Assembly: GCA_007375785.1 (NCBI GenBank)
Contig: VMEY01000006.1
Coordinates: 1 to 31,749 of the forward strand
Origin: Parcubacteria group bacterium Athens0416_74
Lineage (GTDB): Bacteria > Patescibacteriota > Minisyncoccia > Phycocordibacterales > UBA2100
DNA length: 31,749 bases
Reading direction: 5' to 3'
Numbering within the stretch: the stretch's first letter is position 1; every line of letters begins with the position of its first letter. Below, piece after piece: positions 8,118 through 15,987 of this stretch. The translations under genes and the position numbers were made by a program. The notes under the pieces are model-generated. The model saw only the letters and a program-made list of their open reading frames with translations, searched no databases and was not told the origin of the DNA.

Positions 8118-8900
8118 ATGTCCCCTGCTCAACTCTGGATATCTTTCTACACGATGCTACGCAAGGACGTAGTGCGCATGTTCCGCATCTGGGTGCAGAC
8201 GTTTTTGCCGAGCGTCATGACATCGACCCTCTATTTTCTTGTTTTCGGTACGGTGCTGGGTTCGAGAATCGGTGACATGCAAGGTGTCGACTACATGCAA
8301 TTTGTGGTCCCCGGTCTTGTGATGCTCGCCATCGTGACATCGTCGTACGCCAACACATCGTTTACATTCTTTAGCTCGAAATTCTTTGCGCGCTCAATCG
8401 ACGAGATACTCGTCTCCCCTACGCCGCCGTGGCTCATGATTGCCGGATACGTGGGCGGTGGAGTTGTGCGCGGCGTCCTCGTCGGCACGTTGGTACTCAT
8501 CGTATCTATATTCTTTACGGGTCTCAGTCTTTCAGTGCATAGTCTCGCGATTATCCTCTCGTTTGCACTCCTTACATCGCTCGTGTTCGCGCTCGCAGGA
8601 CTCGTCAATGGTATCTATGCCAAGTCGATAGACGGCATCAACCTCGTGCCTACGTTTGTCCTCACCCCACTCGTCTACCTCGGCGGCATCTTCTATTCCG
8701 TGACATCACTCCCTTCGTGGTGGCAAGCTATCACGTACTCGAATCCCCTCTTTTACCTCGTCAACGGCTTCCGCTACGGGTTCCTGGGCATTACTGATGT
8801 GAAGCTCGTGTATTCAGTCGGTATTCTCCTCAGCCTCATCGCACTGCTTGTTGCCGTCAACTGGTATCTGATTCGTAAGGGTCTTGGTCTCCGTCAGTAG
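8118..8900 (+). CDS. ABC-2 type exporter permease (YadH-like)
   Basis: R.W.QTFLP, YMQFVVPGL, IDEILVSP, LGGIFYS and NPLFYLVNGFRYGFLG motifs, with six hydrophobic segments. Confidence 0.92.
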   Translation: MSPAQLWISFYTMLRKDVVRMFRIWVQTFLPSVMTSTLYFLVFGTVLGSRIGDMQGVDYMQFVVPGLVMLAIVTSSYANTSFTFFSSKFFARSIDEILVSPTPPWLMIAGYVGGGVVRGVLVGTLVLIVSIFFTGLSLSVHSLAIILSFALLTSLVFALAGLVNGIYAKSIDGINLVPTFVLTPLVYLGGIFYSVTSLPSWWQAITYSNPLFYLVNGFRYGFLGITDVKLVYSVGILLSLIALLVAVNWYLIRKGLGLRQ

Positions 8901-8912
8901 TACAATTGGCCT

Positions 8913-9260
8913 ATGGCGGAGAGTCCAAAGGATAGGCGTAAAGGATTTCGCTCTATTGAGGGCGGGCTCTCTGGGCTACCCCGTTTGAACCCATCGCTCG
9001 GAGATGCGCTAGATTTTAGCTCCCTAGACCGGGTCCGACTCTACGAGGAAGCGGCTCAGAGAATCATCTCGACTTTCGAAAGCGACCCTAACAATGCGGG
9101 AAGTAACCTATCCATCTGGAATGTCGATGTCGATGACGAAGAGCTCATCGGAGTAATGCGCGATTGGCAAAACTACCCGGACAAGGAGCAGTTCGACAGG
9201 GTCTGTGCATTTGCGCGCGAATACTTACGCCGCCTTAACGCAGGTATTTTGAATTTCTGA
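8913..9260 (+). CDS. Hypothetical protein (115 aa)
   Basis: The ORF fills the gap between the permease and purB. TACAAT lies 6 nt upstream of the ATG. No recognisable motif. Confidence 0.65.
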   Translation: MAESPKDRRKGFRSIEGGLSGLPRLNPSLGDALDFSSLDRVRLYEEAAQRIISTFESDPNNAGSNLSIWNVDVDDEELIGVMRDWQNYPDKEQFDRVCAFAREYLRRLNAGILNF

Positions 9261-9270
9261 AGCGGCTCAA

Positions 9271-10594
9271 CTATTTATTGGCCAGCTTCTCAGCAATACC
9301 GATATACGTCTCAGGACGCAGTGCCTTGAGTCGATTCTTTACCGTGCGCGATATATCCAATGAATCTATAAATGCTGCAAAATCTGCGACGCTTACCCTG
9401 CGTCCGCGCGTGAGCTCTTTGAGCTGCTCATAGGGTACAGGTACGCCCTCTCTCCTGAGCGCGGTCTGTATCGCTTCGGCGAGCACTTCCGGATGCGCGC
9501 TGAGCGCTTCGAGCATCGCCGCGAGCTTGGCCCCGGCGAAACACACGCTCCACCGTAGAGTCTGACAAGTCACGCTGCAATCGAGAGATGGGCAACTTGC
9601 GCGAGAAATGTTCGAACAACGCGTTCGCCACTCCGAGGTTACCCTCGGCGTTCTCGAAATCTATCGGATTTACCTTGTGCGGCATGGCAGACGAACCCAC
9701 TTCCCCCGCTTTTGGTTTTTGCGTAATCCAGCCGTCACTGATGTATCTCCACATATCCTGTGAGAGGTCGACAAGAATCGTGTTGATACGGCGCATTGAA
9801 TCAAAAAGTTCCGCATACGTATCGTGCGGCTCTATCTGGGTCGTGACCTCATTGAGCACGAGACGCATCGTATGCTTGGCGCCATCCCTATCGACGTTGA
9901 GTCCCTCTACGAACTTCGCCGCAAAGCTGAGCCAATCCACTTCGGGAGCCGCTATCGTATGCGCATTGTAGTTTCCGGTCGCGCCCCCCCACCTCATCAG
10001 ACGGGAAACTAATACATTCATCTCCTTTCCAAACGTCGTCGGGGATGCGCTCTGCCCGTGTGTACGCGCGAGCATCGGCGTCGCCTTGTGCTTCTTCGTG
10101 AGCGCCTTGAGGGCATCCTCTACACCGGCGATTGATTGAAGAAATACACCTTCCGTAGCATCACGAAGCGCAAAGCCATGCGCAACACTGTTTACATCTT
10201 CGGACGTGAGCGCAAAATGCACCCATTCTGTGACGTCGCGAAGGGAGGTGTCTTTTAATTTTAACTTTATGAAATACTCAATCGACTTCACATCGTGATT
10301 GGTCGCGGGAATCCGCCAACCGGCGGACTCGTACCCCTCCTTTTCTATCGCCTTGATAATGCGCCCGTCTTCGAGTGAGATATCGGACAGCCCGCGAAGA
10401 AGTGCCACTTCACGCTCTGAGAGCCTTCGCACTCCGAGCTTTGGGACTTTCGAGAGCGCTATGAGGTACCCGCACTCCACGCGCACACGATTGCGCATGA
10501 GCGCAAACTCACTGAAGTAGGGTGCCAGAGAAGCAGAAATGTCGCGGTATCGTCCATCAATAGAACTTACCGCCGTGAGACGCTCAAGCGGCAA
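9271..10594 (-). pseudogene. purB: Adenylosuccinate lyase with an in-frame internal deletion and a frameshifting deletion
   Basis: IDGRY, TNHDVK, HFALTSEDVN, RTHGQ and GSSAMPHKVNPIDFENAEG lie in ORF 9428-10672. The C-terminal PEVLAEAIQT..RR.G...PYEQLKELTRG lies in another frame (9271-9573). Probable start is TTG 10594, overlapping the purC stop. Confidence 0.88.
10312..10327. repeat. 16-nt palindromic element inside purB
   Basis: On the - strand: TCCGCC-GGTT-GGCGGA, translated in ESAGWRI. It differs by one base from the copy at 19084-19099. Confidence 0.75.
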
Positions 10595-11516
10595 AAGGTC
10601 TGAGGTTTTTCTCGATACGCGCGACGATGGGCTCTTCCCCCGGCTCAAACGCCTGCCCTGTGATTTGTTCATACATGCGAATATACCTGGCGCTTAGCTC
10701 TGCCACAAGCTCGCTCGGTGCCTCGGGAAGGACGGCGTCTTTGTACGGATCGGAATTCTCCTTAAACCAGAGTCGGAGAAATTCTTTATCAAAGTATTGT
10801 GGCTCCTCTCCTTTCTCGAATCGCTCTTCGTAGGTGTCGAGCTGCCAATACCTCGACGAGTCCGGTGTGTGTATCTCGTCGATAAGTACGAGATTGCCGG
10901 ATTCATCAGTGCCAAACTCATACTTTGTATCGACAAGGATGAGGCCGCGCTTCGCCGCAATCTCCTGGCCGCGCACAAAAAGCGCAGTCGCAGTCGTGCG
11001 TACATTCTCAAAAAGTTCCCGCGTAATGAATCCTTCTGCAATCATTTCCTCGGGTGTGATTGCGCGGTCGTGCGCTTCCTCCTTTGTAGTCGGATCGAAA
11101 ATCGGCTGAGAGAGCTTCTGGTTCTTCTTCATGCCATCCGGGAGCGTCACGCCCCCGAAATCGCGCTGACCCTTGGAATAGCGCGTCCAGATGGATGTAT
11201 CCGTGACACCCGTGTTGTACCCGCGCATTACCGCCTCCACGGGCACCATTTTCATCTTGCGCGCCACGGTCACGTTGGGGTCGGGCACCGCGAGAATCTG
11301 GTTCGGGACGATATCTTTCGTCTCATTAAACCACCAGGCGCTAATCTGGTTGAGCACCTGTCCCTTGTGCGGCACGTGCGCGATGATGCGGTCGAAAGAA
11401 GAGTGCCTATCGGTCGTAATGAGTATGAGCCTCTCATCCTGCTCGTATATATCACGCACCTTGCCCGTCTTCTTCTTCCCCAAAAAATCAAAGTTTGTTT
11501 CTCTTAGAATATCCAT
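10584..11516 (-). CDS. purC: SAICAR synthetase
   Basis: GKVRDIY, TDRHSSFD, KGQVLN, LVDTKYEFG, IDEIHTPDSSRYW, DKEFLRLW. Start ATG 11516 lies 1 nt after the purM stop. Confidence 0.96.
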   Translation of the reverse strand: MDILRETNFDFLGKKKTGKVRDIYEQDERLILITTDRHSSFDRIIAHVPHKGQVLNQISAWWFNETKDIVPNQILAVPDPNVTVARKMKMVPVEAVMRGYNTGVTDTSIWTRYSKGQRDFGGVTLPDGMKKNQKLSQPIFDPTTKEEAHDRAITPEEMIAEGFITRELFENVRTTATALFVRGQEIAAKRGLILVDTKYEFGTDESGNLVLIDEIHTPDSSRYWQLDTYEERFEKGEEPQYFDKEFLRLWFKENSDPYKDAVLPEAPSELVAELSARYIRMYEQITGQAFEPGEEPIVARIEKNLRPFAA

Positions 11517-11517
11517 A

Positions 11518-12660
11518 TCAATCAACGTCAAATGATAATTCCTGCCCGGGCTTCTCTACTCCTTTGCTAGATATTACAACGCGAGGTTCCGCAATTATTT
11601 CCCCTGCGACCTGCGCATCCATTCCATATCGTACTGCCTCTGCGAGTACCTTTTCTGGCTCAGGAGTAATCAGTGCCATCCCTTGTCCCATATTCCATGC
11701 GCGATATGCATCGTAATCCGAAATCGAACCTGTGCGCTGTACATATTGGACAATCTCACCAGGATCAAAAAGATTCTCGAGGCGAGCACCGAGCTTGGCC
11801 CTGCGAAGCACCCGAATCATCTTCTCAGGCACACCTCCGCCCGTGATGTGCGCGACACCATGTATCTCACACGTGCCCTCGGTGTCGAAGCCTCCGTGAA
11901 GCCCTGCCACGAATCGCGAGTAAATTCTCGATGGAGTGAGCGTAAGTTCGCCAAGTGTCGAACCCGCATGCTGTACCGTGTGCCACTCCTCGCCATGCAC
12001 ACTCTTCATGATTTTACGAACGAGTGAAAGGCCATTGCATCGAAAACCTTTTTCCTGCAACATGACCACCGCGTCTCCCGCCTTCATCTCAGTACCCGTC
12101 AATATTTTTTCTTTTCGAGCGACCCAGATGCATGCTGCGCCCCAATGGAATGGAAACTCTCCATATCCAGAAATGAGCGACCCCATCTGCGCTATTTCCC
12201 CGTTGATAACAGCCACATTGGCCTCTTTCGCGGCGGCAATATACCCTTCTCCGAGTTGCCGCATAATGGGTAGAAAATGATCGTCCATACCAACTGATTT
12301 TATGTCGAGGTTCGAACCAACGACGATTGATTCTCCACCGCGAATAAGAGCATCGTCACAAACCATGGCAAAAAGATCGAATGCGATCGTATTGTATCGA
12401 CCGACGCGCTCGGCTATTTCTACCTTCGTCCCGGCTCCATCAAAGCCGAGCGACATAAAACTTCCCTCGGGAAGCTTTGAAATGTTCACCATTTTTAGCC
12501 CTGCAAAATCATCAAACGGCGTGACTATTTCCCCTATACGTCCCGTACGATTCTCGAACGTCTTTTTTGACGCTTCATACATGATGCGCGAAGCTTCCGC
12601 CTCAACATCCACGTCGACTCCAGCGAGCGCGTAAGCGTTTGGCTTTCTCTCCTTTCCCAT
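11518..12660 (-). CDS. purM: AIR synthetase (phosphoribosylformylglycinamidine cyclo-ligase)
   Basis: YALAGVD, DGAGTK, DLFAMVCDD, GEIAQM, LTPSRIY, AHITGGG, WNMGQGM. Start ATG 12660. Confidence 0.93.
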   Translation of the reverse strand: MGKERKPNAYALAGVDVDVEAEASRIMYEASKKTFENRTGRIGEIVTPFDDFAGLKMVNISKLPEGSFMSLGFDGAGTKVEIAERVGRYNTIAFDLFAMVCDDALIRGGESIVVGSNLDIKSVGMDDHFLPIMRQLGEGYIAAAKEANVAVINGEIAQMGSLISGYGEFPFHWGAACIWVARKEKILTGTEMKAGDAVVMLQEKGFRCNGLSLVRKIMKSVHGEEWHTVQHAGSTLGELTLTPSRIYSRFVAGLHGGFDTEGTCEIHGVAHITGGGVPEKMIRVLRRAKLGARLENLFDPGEIVQYVQRTGSISDYDAYRAWNMGQGMALITPEPEKVLAEAVRYGMDAQVAGEIIAEPRVVISSKGVEKPGQELSFDVD

Positions 12661-12661
12661 A

Positions 12662-13189
12662 TTACTTCTGCTCTTCGAGATATGCTTTGTAGCCTTTTTC
12701 TTGAAGCTTTGCGTCTTTTGCGAGCACTTCGGACGACTGCTTTGCTTTGTGTGCTGCGACTTTCTCCGAGACTGACGCGTCGGTGAGCGCCACAATCTGT
12801 GCTGCGAGGACGCCTGCATTCTTGCCGCCATTGAGTCCTACGGTAGCTACAGGGACGCCGGGCGGCATCTGGACAATCGAGAGCACGGCGTCGAGTCCGC
12901 CAAGGGCTGAGCTCGATGACGTGAGCGGTATACCGATGACCGGAAGCGTTGTATGCGCAGCCACGGTGCCGGGTAGTGCGGCGGCCATGCCTGCGCCCGC
13001 AATAAAGACTTTGCATCCTCTCGCCTCGATGTCACGAATCCACTTCACCAAATCCTCCGGTACACGATGCGCAGAGAGGACACGCATTTCACTTGCTACG
13101 CCAAGCTGTTCGAGTACTTTGGCGGACTCCGCCATAAGTGCAAGGTCGCTGTCCGAGCCCATCACAATTCCGACGAGTGCTGTGTTCAT
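12662..13189 (-). CDS. purE: N5-CAIR mutase
   Basis: VGIVMGSDSD, SAHRVPE, AGAGMAAALPG, PVIGIP, SIVQMPPGVPVATV. Confidence 0.96.
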   Translation of the reverse strand: MNTALVGIVMGSDSDLALMAESAKVLEQLGVASEMRVLSAHRVPEDLVKWIRDIEARGCKVFIAGAGMAAALPGTVAAHTTLPVIGIPLTSSSSALGGLDAVLSIVQMPPGVPVATVGLNGGKNAGVLAAQIVALTDASVSEKVAAHKAKQSSEVLAKDAKLQEKGYKAYLEEQK

Positions 13190-13204
13190 AGTGAAAACAG
13201 CATA

Positions 13205-13732
13205 TCAAAGATTTGCGAGTATGAAATCGGCGCGCTCGGAAACCGGCATGACGGGCACTTCGACGATTTCGTAGCCCTGGTCCACGTATGCTTCGCGAAT
13301 CTGGCCGTGGATTATCATCGCCTGCTCCGGGGTCTCGGAGCGTGCCTCATCGGTGCGATAGTCGACAAGGTCGAGAAGAAAGACTTTTCGGTACCGTATC
13401 TCACTCATAGCGCGCACGAAGAACTCGTCGACGGGACGGTTGCTGAGCTTGTAGTACGCGAGACTATCCGGCATGGCTCTGTCAAAAAAGAAAAGTTCGT
13501 CTTTCGGCACCATGCTCTCTTGTGCGTGCGCACGGCGCACGACCGATGGAAGCCAATCAGAATCACCGACAATCTCTTGTATCGTGTGCCCTGCAGCAAG
13601 TTTTTCATCAATAATCAGTCGCGCGGGCTCGGCGAGGACCGGGTGGCCGCGACGTGCCAGCTCGTCTATCGTCGTGGTCTTGCCCGCGCAGGGGCCGCCA
13701 GTCAGTACATACCATGGAGGCGTTGATTCCAT
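13205..13732 (-). CDS. AAA_28/NadR-type P-loop NTPase (nucleotide-kinase-like)
   Basis: YVLTGGPCAGKTT, EPAR, FFDRAMPD, YRKVFLL, YVDQGYEIVEVP. Start ATG 13732 follows TGG-TATGAT by 7 nt. Confidence 0.8.
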   Translation of the reverse strand: MESTPPWYVLTGGPCAGKTTTIDELARRGHPVLAEPARLIIDEKLAAGHTIQEIVGDSDWLPSVVRRAHAQESMVPKDELFFFDRAMPDSLAYYKLSNRPVDEFFVRAMSEIRYRKVFLLDLVDYRTDEARSETPEQAMIIHGQIREAYVDQGYEIVEVPVMPVSERADFILANL

Positions 13733-13751
13733 GTGCGGCATCATACCAGAG

Positions 13752-13783
13752 AGACAACAAGAAGGGCACCTCATCGGTGCCCT
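13752..13783 (-). terminator. Intrinsic terminator after the gmk-like gene
   Basis: Perfect 8-bp stem AGGGCACC/GGTGCCCT (13763-13783), followed on the - strand by a U-rich tract (TCTTGTTGTCT). Confidence 0.7.
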
Positions 13784-13789
13784 CCTGAG

Positions 13790-14377
13790 TCAAACGGAGC
13801 AGTGCAGGAAGTCCCGCGCAGCGGAAAGGGCTCTCTGCTGTGCAATCAGCGGTGTCGGCGCCGAGTTGTCGATTACGAGATCGAAATCTGCGTAATCGTG
13901 CAGGTGCGGCGATACCGGGTCCGTCGACATGAGACGCATCACTTCCGCCTCGTCGATAGTTGGGTCGCGCGCTCTAATGCGCTTCCGTCTCTCCTCCGCA
14001 TCTGCGAAGACGCCGATGGTGAGGGCCAGACCGTTCAATTGCTGTCTCACGATGTCTCGCAAGGTACGAGCGCCGCTCGGCGTTATGTCGATGACGGAGC
14101 CACTTTCAGAGACCAGAAACTGTCCTCTATGTGTCCCCGACCGTTGTGTTTCGCCAATCTTGGCGTGATACACGAACTCTCCGGCCCTAAGCATGGCCTC
14201 AAAGTCCTGCAACGGCACGAAAAAATATTCGCGCCCATGCTGTTCTGACGGCCGTGGAGAACGCGTGGTATGCGGCGCAATTCTGTGCAGCTTTAGCTCA
14301 GAGCAGAGCGCGGTGACGATTGTCTCTTTGCCGGCCCCGCGCGGACCGCTTACGGTCACGAGTCGGATAGCAGGCAT
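13790..14377 (-). CDS. Guanylate-kinase-like protein, divergent
   Basis: SGPRGAGK P-loop and HTTRSPRPSEQHGREYFFV GK motif. The FLEW...YGT motif is altered to FVYH...RSGT. GGGAGG SD upstream. Confidence 0.75.
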   Translation of the reverse strand: MPAIRLVTVSGPRGAGKETIVTALCSELKLHRIAPHTTRSPRPSEQHGREYFFVPLQDFEAMLRAGEFVYHAKIGETQRSGTHRGQFLVSESGSVIDITPSGARTLRDIVRQQLNGLALTIGVFADAEERRKRIRARDPTIDEAEVMRLMSTDPVSPHLHDYADFDLVIDNSAPTPLIAQQRALSAARDFLHCSV

Positions 14378-14426
14378 GGGAGCCTCCCTGTGAATTCACT
14401 GCCGAGACTGTATCAATCCGTTCAGG

Positions 14427-14483
14427 TTATGCAAAGTAGCTCACCGCATTCCTAAACAGCGCAATTCCCGGACCCTCTTCAGG
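14427..14483 (-). repeat. Second copy of the purQ 3' end (PEEGPGIALFRNAVSYFA*)
   Basis: 14442-14480 is identical to 15230-15268 (39 bp). The next 5 codons are a recoded version of the purQ end. Confidence 0.95.
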
Positions 14484-15268
14484 CAAGTGAAGCGTTGAGG
14501 CTGTCATGCTTCTGAAGAAGACGATTCTACCTTGGCCACGAGTGATTGGAATCCCTCACAAACGGCATCGTACTCCGGTAGTGCGAAATGCGCACGCTCG
14601 CCTTGAACAATACGATTCATTTCCCTCAAGATGTGTAACAAAGTTTTTTTGTCGGAGTAAATAAATGGATCAACGTCAACGAGGTAGAGCCCTACATCGC
14701 TGTCCCCAACACGGCCGTATACGTATTGTGCCTCTTTAAAGACGTCGGCAAGAAATGACTGGTTACGTGCGAATTTGTCCTCATAGTACCGCAGGAGATT
14801 CTTTCGCAATTTTGCGAGCGCCGTACCCAGTTCACGGTCATTGATATTCTGCTCTACCGTGACCTTGTCTACGATTGCCAAGACGTCTGCTTTTGCCCTC
14901 GGAGTGTCTTGTTGTTTTTCGGCCACCATAAACGAGACCGGCACATGTATCCCATATTCCGATAACTCGTCAAAATGTTTCTTTGAAATCTGTGCGAAGC
15001 GTGTCGCGTTGATATTTTTCGTTGTTTCCCGTGGTTCAAATCGACTATTCGCTATAAACCACGACCAATTCAACGGCCGCACGATTATATCGTCTCGATT
15101 GGCGAATTTGTGAAGATCAGGATTTTTCTCCGGTGCGAGGTTCGATGCCTCCAGTTCGTGTTTAAACGCTGCAATACGAGGAACCCTTTCCATTCCGTGT
15201 ATGATAGCAAACCGCTACGCGAAATAGTCCACCGCATTCCTAAACAGCGCAATTCCCGGACCCTCTTC
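14442..15268. mobile_element. Single-gene islet integrated in the purQ 3' end (attL/attR-like direct repeats 788 bp apart)
   Basis: A 39-bp identical direct repeat encloses one orphan gene with its own -10 element. No integrase is present in the window. Confidence 0.7.
14504..15193 (-). CDS. Hypothetical protein, possible protein-kinase-like fold
   Basis: 229-aa ORF with TGC-TATCAT 7 nt upstream of the ATG. Motifs ELSEYGIHVP, FLADVFKEAQY and LYLVDVDP. Confidence 0.7.
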   Translation of the reverse strand: MERVPRIAAFKHELEASNLAPEKNPDLHKFANRDDIIVRPLNWSWFIANSRFEPRETTKNINATRFAQISKKHFDELSEYGIHVPVSFMVAEKQQDTPRAKADVLAIVDKVTVEQNINDRELGTALAKLRKNLLRYYEDKFARNQSFLADVFKEAQYVYGRVGDSDVGLYLVDVDPFIYSDKKTLLHILREMNRIVQGERAHFALPEYDAVCEGFQSLVAKVESSSSEA

Positions 15269-15985
15269 CGGTACGGGGGCACCGTCGCGCAGGTATCTCT
15301 CCTTTTCGCATGTCCACTGCGGGAGCTGTGTGAAGCGTATCGCGCGCTCGGGGTGCGGCATGAGGCCAAGAACCCGCCCGTCGTATGCCGTGACACCCGC
15401 GATATTCTCAAGTGCTCCATTGGGATTGCCCGGCAGGTCGAAGTGTTCGCTCATCGGCCCCCTCTCGTACCGAAGCGCTACCGCATCATCCTTTTTTAGC
15501 TGCGCCAGCGTCTTTTGGTCCGCGTAATACTTCCCCTCTCCGTGGGCAATCGGAAGCGAGAGTGACTCAATCCCGCGCAGCCACGGGCTATGTCCTTCGA
15601 CTTTCAAATCCACCCACCGGCAGATGAACCGTGCGGAGTCGTTGGCGATGAGTGCGCCCGGGAGCAGTCCCGCGCTCGTGAGAATCTGAAAGCCGTTGCA
15701 GATACCTATCGCGAGCGTATCTCGCTGCAAGAATGCATCCAACTCTTCTGAGAGGTGCTCCTTTACTCTATTCCCATACGCTTTGCCGGAGCCCGTGTCG
15801 TCACCATATGAAAAGCCTCCCGGGAATGCGAGTACTTGGGATTCCTTGAGCACCGACGGTGTCGCAATGATGTCGTTGATATGGCGTATGTGCGCCTCAG
15901 CCCCCGCAAACTCAAACGCAGCCTTAGTCTCCTCTTCGCAATTGAGTCCGTATCCCGAAAAGATTGTTACTTTTGGTTTTATCAT
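15215..15985 (-). CDS. purQ: FGAM synthase glutaminase subunit
   Basis: GYGLNCEEET, PGGFSYGDD, GICNGFQ, AHGEGKY, NPNG, GLMPHPER. Confidence 0.96.
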   Translation of the reverse strand: MIKPKVTIFSGYGLNCEEETKAAFEFAGAEAHIRHINDIIATPSVLKESQVLAFPGGFSYGDDTGSGKAYGNRVKEHLSEELDAFLQRDTLAIGICNGFQILTSAGLLPGALIANDSARFICRWVDLKVEGHSPWLRGIESLSLPIAHGEGKYYADQKTLAQLKKDDAVALRYERGPMSEHFDLPGNPNGALENIAGVTAYDGRVLGLMPHPERAIRFTQLPQWTCEKERYLRDGAPVPEEGPGIALFRNAVDYFA

Positions 15986-15987
15986 AG

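Noticed and set aside
8905-9283. ATTGGCC on both sides of the 115-aa orphan as a target-site duplication
   Set aside because: Only 7 bp, the right copy is inside the purB coding end, and there is no extended similarity as at purQ.
14427-15271. purQ repeat pair as a DGR template/variable region
   Set aside because: The differences are not adenine-specific on either strand, they are mostly synonymous third-position changes, and there is no reverse transcriptase in the window.
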